In this document: positions 1-6,465 of the stretch, in pieces
How positions within the stretch are numbered: position 1 is the stretch's first letter
Layout: every line of letters begins with the position of its first letter
IMG/VR virus record: IMGVR_UViG_3300020042_003416
Span: 1 to 24,062 of that record
Source of the DNA: a virus
Taxonomy: Duplodnaviria; Caudoviricetes
Reading direction: 5' to 3' (one strand)
Length of the DNA stretch: 24,062 nt
Position numbers and translations under genes: made by a program
The notes under the pieces: generated by a model
Told to the model about the DNA's origin: nothing
Databases searched by the model: none
What the model saw: the letters and a program-made list of their open reading frames with translations, nothing else

Positions 1-12
1 GATGTCAGTCAT
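1..12 (-). CDS. 5' end (MTDI...) of next leftward gene, truncated by window edge
   Basis: ATG at 12-10 preceded by the same AAGGAGA-containing junction used by neighbouring genes, overlapping the end of 5..253. Confidence 0.6.
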
Positions 13-253
13 GGCTTTCTCCTTTGATCTCTGCGATCTCTTCGATGAAGTCAGATATCTCCTCATACAACGTTGAGCTGAGATCGCGTTTCTCCTTAAC
101 TAAGGATTTTCCAAGCAGACCTACCGCCTTCGTCAGCTTGGCTTCGAGGGCTTCGATGCGGTCGGCGGCGGCAAGGCGGGTTTCCCAGATCGGGTCTTGC
201 CATTCGTATGACTGACTTTCTCGCAGCCGTGCGATCAGTTCTGCGTTACTCAT
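5..253 (-). CDS. hypothetical modular protein (82 aa)
   Basis: ORF with AELIARLRE, AADRIEAL and AEIKGESH modules shared with neighbours; RBS AAGGAGAG upstream. Confidence 0.85.
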   Translation of the reverse strand: MSNAELIARLRESQSYEWQDPIWETRLAAADRIEALEAKLTKAVGLLGKSLVKEKRDLSSTLYEEISDFIEEIAEIKGESHD

Positions 254-641
254 GTCTCTCTCCTTTGATCTCTGCGAGGGTGGCGAGGGCTACATCTCCG
301 TCTCCATACATTGCACACCACTGCAAAGCCTCCACAGCCTTCGCCAGCTTGGCTTCAAGGTCAGCCACGGTATTGTCCATCACGGCCTGCGCCATGCGGC
401 AGGTGTTCAGCTCCTTCTCCACCTCCTCCGCATAAGCCTCGGCCTCTTCGGCGTCCTTCCGTGCGGCTGAGAGTTGTTCGGTGAGGGCTTTGATGCGGCT
501 GGCCACAATCTTCACGGCTTCGGCGCTGTCACACTCGCAATAAGGGTCTTTAAGCCCCCGGTCCCTGTAAGCTTCGTCGCAGCGGCACCTTACAACATCT
601 TGCAACTCGGCCATTGCCAGCGTCAGTTCTTCGTCACTCAT
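246..641 (-). CDS. hypothetical modular coiled-coil protein with Cys-containing N-terminus (131 aa)
   Basis: Start reassigned to MSDEEL (ATG 641) after AAGGAGAG RBS; CRC and CEC motifs; EAEAYAEE and LEAKLAKA modules. Confidence 0.85.
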   Translation of the reverse strand: MSDEELTLAMAELQDVVRCRCDEAYRDRGLKDPYCECDSAEAVKIVASRIKALTEQLSAARKDAEEAEAYAEEVEKELNTCRMAQAVMDNTVADLEAKLAKAVEALQWCAMYGDGDVALATLAEIKGERHE

Positions 642-1176
642 GGCTCTCTCCTTTGATCTCTGCGAGGGTGGCGAGGGCGATGTCGCGCATATCTTTGAAT
701 GCTTCTTCCACCTCATAGTCTTCGCCCCAGATCATTTGCTCATCGCGCTTAGCAATGGCGAGCAGCCCAGCTTCCGCCTTCGCCAGCTTGGCTTCGAGGT
801 CACGCACAGCCTGCGTCCCGATCTTGTCACACTCAGCATAGGCGTCCCGGTATTTCTCACAGGTTGCCAGCTTGTCGTTAGCCTCGATCAGGGCAACGTG
901 CATCTCGCCGTAGGTGTTGTTCGCATCGGCCAGCTTGAAGGCATAGTCATCCCTCTCCTTCTCCGCCTCGGCAATCCCGTTCTCCATCACGACCTGAGCC
1001 ATGCGGCAGGTTTTGAGGTCACGCTCCAACTCCTCCGCATAAGCCTCGGCCTCCTTGGCGTCAGCACGGGCGGCTTCGAGTTGCTCGGTCAAGGCTTCGA
1101 TGCGGTCGGCGGCGGCAACGTCGTCATCCCACGTCGCACCTTCTCGCAGCCGTGCAATCAGTTCTGCGTCAGTCAT
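634..1176 (-). CDS. hypothetical modular coiled-coil protein (180 aa)
   Basis: Start at MTDAELIARLRE (1176), ATGA overlap with upstream stop; heptad-rich; shared modules. Confidence 0.85.
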   Translation of the reverse strand: MTDAELIARLREGATWDDDVAAADRIEALTEQLEAARADAKEAEAYAEELERDLKTCRMAQVVMENGIAEAEKERDDYAFKLADANNTYGEMHVALIEANDKLATCEKYRDAYAECDKIGTQAVRDLEAKLAKAEAGLLAIAKRDEQMIWGEDYEVEEAFKDMRDIALATLAEIKGESHE

Positions 1177-1415
1177 GTCTTGCTTCCCTCTTGCTTCAGG
1201 TCTGAGATGGTGGCGCGCCATTCCTTAACCACGCCGGGGATGTAGTAATTTCCCTCAATCGACTTCGCCATTTTGTTGCCGATCCCCAGCGCCTTCGCCA
1301 GCTTGTCAGTCAGAGCCTCGATGCGGGCGGCGGATTTGCGGCACCAATCGCAAGCCATTTCTTTGGTCGCATGTACTGGATAGCCGCAAGCGCCACAGCA
1401 TGTTTGGTCACTCAT
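1173..1415 (-). CDS. small protein with putative Zn-binding N-terminus (CxxC...CxxC) plus RIEAL module
   Basis: CGAC...CDWC; RBS AAGGAGAG; coupled to both neighbours. Confidence 0.8.
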   Translation of the reverse strand: MSDQTCCGACGYPVHATKEMACDWCRKSAARIEALTDKLAKALGIGNKMAKSIEGNYYIPGVVKEWRATISDLKQEGSKT

Positions 1416-1659
1416 GGCTCTCTCCTTTGATCAACGCGCTGTCAGCTTCTGCCAGTGTTTCTGCTAAATCGCGAACAGGAATGCCGCGCAAAATTCTTTC
1501 TGGGATAGGGCGAATGCGGTTTAGTGCAGACCGAAGCGCATCCCGCTCCTTGGTGAGGGCTTCGATGCGGTCGGCAAGATCACCATAAAGCGCACCTGTG
1601 GACATTCGGTCATCACGCTGAGCAAGTCGTGCCATCTTCACCAGTTCTTCGTCAGTCAT
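1408..1659 (-). CDS. hypothetical modular protein (83 aa)
   Basis: Start MTDEEL (1659) overlaps upstream stop (ATGA); GGAGG upstream; ADRIEAL and IKGESHE modules. Confidence 0.8.
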   Translation of the reverse strand: MTDEELVKMARLAQRDDRMSTGALYGDLADRIEALTKERDALRSALNRIRPIPERILRGIPVRDLAETLAEADSALIKGESHE

Positions 1660-2063
1660 TTCCGTGGCCTCCGCTGCTTGCTGTCTTTCCAATCCACTGT
1701 CCCGATCTGCACGATGCCGGGGAAGTCGTCGATGCGGCGAACATCGGTTGGAAGGCGATACATCCAGTGTCCCCCACAGGTTGTTGCCTCAACGTCGCTG
1801 CAATGCACCTTACCGCTTTCATCCCTCGCCACCCACTCAACCCAATCAGGCAGTCGATCCCATGCGATCACGTCTTGGGTCTTGGGCAGGGGGACGGTGC
1901 GGTAGATATGATCTTCAAGCCAGCTTGGTCGGGTCACAGTCCACACCGAGGCCGCGCTGTAATACTCAATAACCCCACCCGCCTTCTCATGCTCATGCAG
2001 CGCAGCCTTTTCCTCGTCAGTCAGCAGGCCATACGGCACTCGGTTGTTGGTCATGTCGATCAT
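1656..2063 (-). CDS. hypothetical phage protein (135 aa)
   Basis: ORF coupled by ATGA overlaps on both sides; Trp-rich PDWVEWVARDESG segment. Confidence 0.8.
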   Translation of the reverse strand: MIDMTNNRVPYGLLTDEEKAALHEHEKAGGVIEYYSAASVWTVTRPSWLEDHIYRTVPLPKTQDVIAWDRLPDWVEWVARDESGKVHCSDVEATTCGGHWMYRLPTDVRRIDDFPGIVQIGTVDWKDSKQRRPRK

Positions 2064-2230
2064 TTCACACAGCTCCCCTCAACCCATTGCTTGCCTGCGT
2101 CGATGCACTGTTCGTAGCGCACCTGACTTTTCTCCGTCTCATCGAAGATCACCTGACCCAGCCCGTAGATGAAGAACGCAAGGCAGGCGATGCCCGCCAG
2201 CGGCACGATGTTGTCCCAAAAGTCTCTCAT
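2060..2230 (-). CDS. small single-TM membrane protein (56 aa)
   Basis: Start MRDFWD (2230), ATGA overlap; hydrophobic IVPLAGIACLAFFIYGLG followed by two Cys. Confidence 0.75.
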   Translation of the reverse strand: MRDFWDNIVPLAGIACLAFFIYGLGQVIFDETEKSQVRYEQCIDAGKQWVEGSCVK

Positions 2231-2445
2231 TTCCGCCCCCTCGCCCAAGCCAGCCGCGAGATGCTGTTGGACAGAGCATCCAGATCTGCCACCGTCATGT
2301 CGCGGTTGTCTAAGATGGCCATGAAGATTGTGTCTGCAAACTTCTTGCTGGGAAGCACCTGTGCGCCCTTGAGAATGGCCAAGACCGCCTCGGCCTGCAC
2401 ATCTCGCACTGGCATGGTTTCTGGTTTCTTGCGGAAAAACATCAT
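2227..2445 (-). CDS. hypothetical protein (72 aa)
   Basis: GGAGGAGG RBS; coupled overlaps. Confidence 0.8.
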   Translation of the reverse strand: MMFFRKKPETMPVRDVQAEAVLAILKGAQVLPSKKFADTIFMAILDNRDMTVADLDALSNSISRLAWARGRK

Positions 2446-2843
2446 GCGTCCTCCTCCGGGAAGTCAAAGCAGGTGAGCCGCACCAACTGTCCCGACGCTG
2501 CCAACTCAGACAGCTTGGCGGAAATCTTGGCGTCGGCCATGTTCAGCGATGTCGCGATTTCCTCGACCGTGCCACGGCCATCGCTTTCGATCAGGTCCAA
2601 GATCATCTCGGCCAGTGCGTCTTCTTGCGGCGCAGGTGCTGCATCCAAGATGCTCACCGCCAGCCAAGGCGTGCGGTCGGGCCGGGTCATGTTCGGCACC
2701 ACGATGGCCTGCACCTTCTGTCCGACACGCACGCCCTTGTTGAGCATGACCTTCGACGGGATGAATACGTTCTCGTTGTTCTCGGTCAGCGCGAAGGCAC
2801 TGCCAGTGGCCAGTTGGTTAGTTAGTAGGATTGTTTGCTGCAT
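2442..2843 (-). CDS. putative OB-fold (cold-shock/S1-like) plus winged-HTH nucleic-acid-binding protein (133 aa)
   Basis: Start MQQTIL (2843); GSAFALTENNENVFIP...GVRVGQKVQA resembles CSD/S1 OB strands; C-terminal ILDLIESDGRGTVEEIATSL...LSELAASGQL resembles wHTH. Confidence 0.65.
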   Translation of the reverse strand: MQQTILLTNQLATGSAFALTENNENVFIPSKVMLNKGVRVGQKVQAIVVPNMTRPDRTPWLAVSILDAAPAPQEDALAEMILDLIESDGRGTVEEIATSLNMADAKISAKLSELAASGQLVRLTCFDFPEEDA

Positions 2844-3018
2844 TGTTCTCTTCCAGTTGCTTGAGTTGGTCTTCGGCATCGCGGATGTAAAAAGCCAAAA
2901 CCGTGGTCTCCTGTGACAGCCACGATGGCCTGACGCCGCTCCCATATCTCTTCTCCAGATCGTCCATCTGGGCCTGCTTGTGGGCGATATACTCGCGGAG
3001 TTTGTCTGCTTCGGTCAT
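2818..3018 (-). CDS. hypothetical helical protein (66 aa)
   Basis: ORF with TGATG overlap to upstream gene. Confidence 0.75.
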   Translation of the reverse strand: MTEADKLREYIAHKQAQMDDLEKRYGSGVRPSWLSQETTVLAFYIRDAEDQLKQLEENNAANNPTN

Positions 3019-3209
3019 CAGTAGATCCCCAGCCTGTCTAGTGCGAAGTATGATTGCTTGTAGTGCTTTATGAGGCGATTAACGCTGGCGATCCTTGAAG
3101 TTACCTGCGGGGTCGGCGCAGTGTCATTGACGATGGTCAGTGTCTCAAGATAATCCCACAGGGCGGTCAGGACGATATGTGTGTCGTCGGCACCGAGCTT
3201 TACGGCCAT
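3018..3209 (-). CDS. hypothetical protein (63 aa)
   Basis: Start MAVKLG (3209) overlapping upstream stop as TGATG. Confidence 0.75.
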   Translation of the reverse strand: MAVKLGADDTHIVLTALWDYLETLTIVNDTAPTPQVTSRIASVNRLIKHYKQSYFALDRLGIY

Positions 3210-3310
3210 CAGATCCACCCCATCCCGAGGCCCAACATGAAGCCAGCGTACAGCAGGCCGAAGAGGCAGAAGATGCCGATCAGGTCGGCAAGAACGTCTC
3301 TGATACGCAT
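3209..3310 (-). CDS. 33-aa membrane peptide MRIRDVLADLIGIFCLFGLLYAGFMLGLGMGWI (not in ORF track)
   Basis: Translated by hand; TAATG overlap upstream, TGATG downstream; AAGGA RBS; one hydrophobic helix. Confidence 0.75.
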   Translation of the reverse strand: MRIRDVLADLIGIFCLFGLLYAGFMLGLGMGWI

Positions 3311-3504
3311 TATTTGATTTCCTTGTTGGCGTTGATGGCAGATGTCAGGCGCTGGCGCAGTTCAATGCGGCGCAGGTTGTGCAGCATCTCACTGAGGTCG
3401 TGATAATCTGGCTGGTCGTGCGTGCTGTAGTCCATGTCGCGGTCGATGCAATCCAGCGCGGTCTCGGCCTGCTCCAGCGTGATGGTGATGGTGATGTTGG
3501 TCAT
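3310..3504 (-). CDS. hypothetical protein (64 aa)
   Basis: Strong AGGAGA RBS upstream of ATG 3504. Confidence 0.8.
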   Translation of the reverse strand: MTNITITITLEQAETALDCIDRDMDYSTHDQPDYHDLSEMLHNLRRIELRQRLTSAINANKEIK

Positions 3505-3516
3505 GCTAGTCTCCTA

Positions 3517-3651
3517 TTAAAACGGCGGATCTTCGCCGGGGTAAGTTGGTTTCCACTGGGGCGGCGCGTAGGCTGCGGGCTGTGGGGCGGGCTTCGGCGG
3601 GTCCTGCCGGGGGATGATCCCCAGCAGGTTGAGGTGGTCGGAGAGGGTCAC
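3517..3651 (-). CDS. 44-aa proline-rich peptide ending WKPTYPGEDPPF (not in ORF track)
   Basis: Translated by hand from GTG 3651 (GTGA overlap with upstream stop) to TAA 3517; fills the gap between two genes. Confidence 0.65.
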   Translation of the reverse strand: MTLSDHLNLLGIIPRQDPPKPAPQPAAYAPPQWKPTYPGEDPPF

Positions 3652-3842
3652 TTGATATTATCCCACGCAGATTTGTGCTTGCCGCCCTGCCAGCCGTGCC
3701 CGGTAGACGTGTCGCTGACGCGCACAGTCGCCCAGCCATGCTCGTTCCACTCGGTTAGGCGCTCATATGTGGCAACGCCTGCAAAGCCCCAGCTATCACG
3801 GGTCTCGCGGGTTTTGGTTTCCAGTGCGGTCATCTTGGTCAT
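3648..3842 (-). CDS. first gene of leftward early operon, hypothetical (64 aa; ATG 3833 is an alternative start)
   Basis: Follows leftward promoter and CAAACAGGA leader. Confidence 0.65.
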   Translation of the reverse strand: MTKMTALETKTRETRDSWGFAGVATYERLTEWNEHGWATVRVSDTSTGHGWQGGKHKSAWDNIK

Positions 3843-3866
3843 CCTGTTTGCTAGTTCGTGCCACCA

Positions 3867-3894
3867 CTTATAAACCCTGATTTGCAGCGTGCAA
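3867..3894 (-). promoter_or_regulatory. putative leftward sigma70-type promoter
   Basis: TTGCAC-N16-TATAAG on minus strand in an AT-rich divergent gap. Confidence 0.6.
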
Positions 3895-3908
3895 GAAAAT
3901 AAATACAC

Positions 3909-3937
3909 TTGACGCTAATTATTTTAGCCTCTAGGTC
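3909..3937 (+). promoter_or_regulatory. putative rightward sigma70-type promoter
   Basis: TTGACG-N17-TAGGTC, followed by AGGAGA RBS. Confidence 0.6.
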
Positions 3938-3966
3938 TGGTGGCACCGAAACACAGGAGAGCGCCA

Positions 3967-4173
3967 ATGATGGCCCAACGACAAATCAGGGACTGGTGCG
4001 CCAAGGACGGGCGCAAGCTGGGCTGGATCGCCCAGCAGATCCCCGTGGCATCGTCCAGCTTCAGCCGTTGGATGACGGGGAGGTTCGTGCCGTCGGCAGT
4101 CTACCGCCACCGCATCGCCGACATCACGGGCATTGAGGATTTGCGGTTTGAGGAAGAGTGGGTGTCCAAGTGA
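3967..4173 (+). CDS. Cro/XRE-like helix-turn-helix regulator (68 aa)
   Basis: LGWIAQQIPVASSSFSRWMTGRFVP...IADITG matches XRE HTH pattern; first gene after divergent promoter. Confidence 0.85.
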   Translation: MMAQRQIRDWCAKDGRKLGWIAQQIPVASSSFSRWMTGRFVPSAVYRHRIADITGIEDLRFEEEWVSK

Positions 4174-4439
4174 ACCGGGCAAAAATCTTGGACACGGCCA
4201 AAGAGTTCATCATGGTTGACCGCGCGGCGACGCACGGGTCCGCCGAGGACAACTTCGGCCTGATTGCGGCGTACTGGTCAGCCCACTTGAACCGCAACAT
4301 CCGCCCGCACGACGTGGCGGTGATGATGACCCTGTTGAAGCTGGCGCGGGCCAAGTCGAACCCGAAGCATGCGGACAACTGGATCGACGGCTGCGGGTAT
4401 CTGGCGCTTGGCGGTGAAGCCGCAGGGGAGGAAGTATGA
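4170..4439 (+). CDS. DUF6378-like phage protein
   Basis: GTGA overlap; DRAATHG..EDNF..IA..WSA.L...HDVA.MM.LLK.AR...DNW.D..GY.AL signature. Confidence 0.8.
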   Translation: MNRAKILDTAKEFIMVDRAATHGSAEDNFGLIAAYWSAHLNRNIRPHDVAVMMTLLKLARAKSNPKHADNWIDGCGYLALGGEAAGEEV

Positions 4440-4873
4440 CCCTGATCCTCGGCATCGACCCCGGCAAGAGCGGAGCCTTTGCGTTGTTGAACACCGACGA
4501 CATGCAGGTCACGACCTATGACATGCCCGGCACGCTGGAAGATAAGCGCGCCCTGATCTCGGACATCGGCAGGGTTAAGTGCTGCTGGCTGGAGCGGCCC
4601 TTTTTCCCGAGAATGATCGGGATCAAGAACGCGGTCACCATCGCCGTCGCCTACGGTGAACTGAAGGCCTGCCTGTTCTTCGCGGGCGTGCCAACCTTTG
4701 AGGTGGATCCGTCCGCGTGGAAGAAGACCATGCGGCTATCGACCGACAAGAACGCCAGCCGCGCGCTGGCCAGCCAATACTTCCCCGACGCCTCCGACCA
4801 GTGGGCGCGGGTGAAGGACGACGGCCGGGCCGAGGCTGCACTCATCGCGCTTTACGGAAAGGGAAAGCAATGA
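4436..4873 (+). CDS. RuvC-like Holliday junction resolvase
   Basis: ILGIDPGKSGA, LE acidic motif, P..WKK, DGRAEAALIA. Confidence 0.85.
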   Translation: MTLILGIDPGKSGAFALLNTDDMQVTTYDMPGTLEDKRALISDIGRVKCCWLERPFFPRMIGIKNAVTIAVAYGELKACLFFAGVPTFEVDPSAWKKTMRLSTDKNASRALASQYFPDASDQWARVKDDGRAEAALIALYGKGKQ

Positions 4874-5682
4874 TCCGCGACATGCCAAACGGCGAGTATC
4901 ACTCGCACCCCAACATCAGTTCCAGCGACGTCAAGCTGGTGGCCGCCAAGTCGCTGGCACATTGGAAGGCCAAGGTCTACAAGCCGTCGGCAGCCTTCGC
5001 CTTGGGCAGCGCCGTCCACGCGCTGGTGCTGGAGCCTGAGAAGAACCTTGTCCTGCGCGGCCCCGAGGATCGCCGTGGCAACAAGTGGAAGGACGCCCAG
5101 CTTGCCGCCGATCTGGAGGGCAAGATCCTGCTGACCGAGGCGGACTACGATCTGGCCGAGAAGATCGCCGAGGAGACACGCGCACACCCAGTCGTGGCTC
5201 GTTACCTTATCGACCCGTCCTTCGTCGCCGAGGCCAGCTTCTTCGCCACCGACCCTATCACCGGGGCGAACATCAAGTGCCGCCCGGACGGCTACCTGCA
5301 ATCGTCGGGCGTCGTGTTCGACATCAAGACGACCCGCGACGCCAGCCCGGCCAACTTCCCGCGCGAGATCCGCAACTACAACTACGACATGCAGGCCGCA
5401 TTCTACCTGCGCTGCATGCGCGCGGCCGGGTTCGAGGCGAGATCCTTCATCTTCGTGGCCGTCGAGAAGGAAGCCCCGCACGCGGTGTGCCTGCACCAGC
5501 TCGACGAGGATTACCTCGCCGTCGCCGACATGCGCGTGACGGAGGCATTGTCAGCCATCTCTCGGGCGGAGCAATTTGACGACTTCACAACCGGCTGGCC
5601 CTTGATTAACGATATCCCCCTGCCCCGGTGGCAGGTGGCTCAACCCGAGGACGATGTGTTCGACGAACAGATCGACTTTTAA
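4870..5682 (+). CDS. RecE/exonuclease VIII-like PD-(D/E)XK nuclease (DUF3799-like)
   Basis: Start MIRDMP (ATGA overlap); YH...ISSS, GSAVHALVLEP, KCRPD, DIKTT, Y..QAAFY, FIFVAVEKE. Confidence 0.9.
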   Translation: MIRDMPNGEYHSHPNISSSDVKLVAAKSLAHWKAKVYKPSAAFALGSAVHALVLEPEKNLVLRGPEDRRGNKWKDAQLAADLEGKILLTEADYDLAEKIAEETRAHPVVARYLIDPSFVAEASFFATDPITGANIKCRPDGYLQSSGVVFDIKTTRDASPANFPREIRNYNYDMQAAFYLRCMRAAGFEARSFIFVAVEKEAPHAVCLHQLDEDYLAVADMRVTEALSAISRAEQFDDFTTGWPLINDIPLPRWQVAQPEDDVFDEQIDF

Positions 5683-5706
5683 CCCACGCCACAGAGGAGA
5701 AAACCA

Positions 5707-6348
5707 ATGGCGACTGAAGATTTCCTGAAGGTGCTTGCGAAGGGCACCCTGCAGTACCCGAAGCTGAACCAGACCTACCGCTACAACACGGCCGAGAAGA
5801 AGTCGGAGCCGTGCGCGCCGACGGCATCCAACGCCGCGTGGTCGGTGGTCATTGAGATGACCAAGGAGGAGGCTCGGCCGATCTATGAGGCCCTGCGCGG
5901 CCACTATGAGGCGTCCAAGGCCCGCAGCCCGAAGCTGCCGCCGTTTGCCAAGGTCTTCGGCATGAAGAAGCTGAAGGATGAGCAGGGCAACGAGACTGGC
6001 ATGGTCCAATTTACGGCCAAGCGCAACGGCACCAAGAGCGACGGATCGGCCAACAACTTCCCGCTGGTGATCGACGGGCAGTTGCAGCCGCTGGCTGACC
6101 TGAGCATCTGGGGCGGCTCCAAGGGCGTCGTGCGTGCGTGGGCTGTGGCCGTGGTAGACCCGGAAGGCGCGGGCGGCATCAGCCTCTTGCTGGACGCCGT
6201 GCAGGTCACCGAGGCTGTCTACGGCGGCAACGGGCTGGACGATTTCGAGAAGGTCGAGAGCAAGGCGGACCCGTTTGAAAAGGTCGGCCTGCCCGACGAG
6301 AAGCGGCAGGCCATCGCGAGGGATCTGGACGACGAGATCCCGTTCTAA
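5707..6348 (+). CDS. ssb: single-stranded DNA-binding protein, T7 gp2.5-like
   Basis: IWGGSKG, GISLLLDAVQV motifs and acidic tail DLDDEIPF; GAGGAG RBS; follows exonuclease. Confidence 0.8.
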   Translation: MATEDFLKVLAKGTLQYPKLNQTYRYNTAEKKSEPCAPTASNAAWSVVIEMTKEEARPIYEALRGHYEASKARSPKLPPFAKVFGMKKLKDEQGNETGMVQFTAKRNGTKSDGSANNFPLVIDGQLQPLADLSIWGGSKGVVRAWAVAVVDPEGAGGISLLLDAVQVTEAVYGGNGLDDFEKVESKADPFEKVGLPDEKRQAIARDLDDEIPF

Positions 6349-6388
6349 AAATGAAAGGCCCCGGCGCGGGAGATACACGCCGGGGCCT
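6346..6388 (-). terminator. GC-rich hairpin, terminator-like on minus strand
   Basis: AGGCCCCGGCG (6356-6366) / CGCCGGGGCCT (6378-6388); T-rich tail only on the minus strand. Confidence 0.5.
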
Positions 6389-6465
6389 AATAAAAACGGA
6401 ACCGAGAGGAGCTAGTTCCATGCCTTTTATACAGCCCAAAGCAATCCAGATCAAGGATGCTGCAT

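Larger units (their letters stand above)
5..1432. repeat. dispersed gene-junction repeat, core TCTCCTTTGATC (4 copies)
   Basis: Core at 18-29, 259-270, 647-658, 1421-1432; copies 2 and 3 extend to TCTCTCCTTTGATCTCTGCGAGGGTGGCGAGGGC. Confidence 0.95.
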
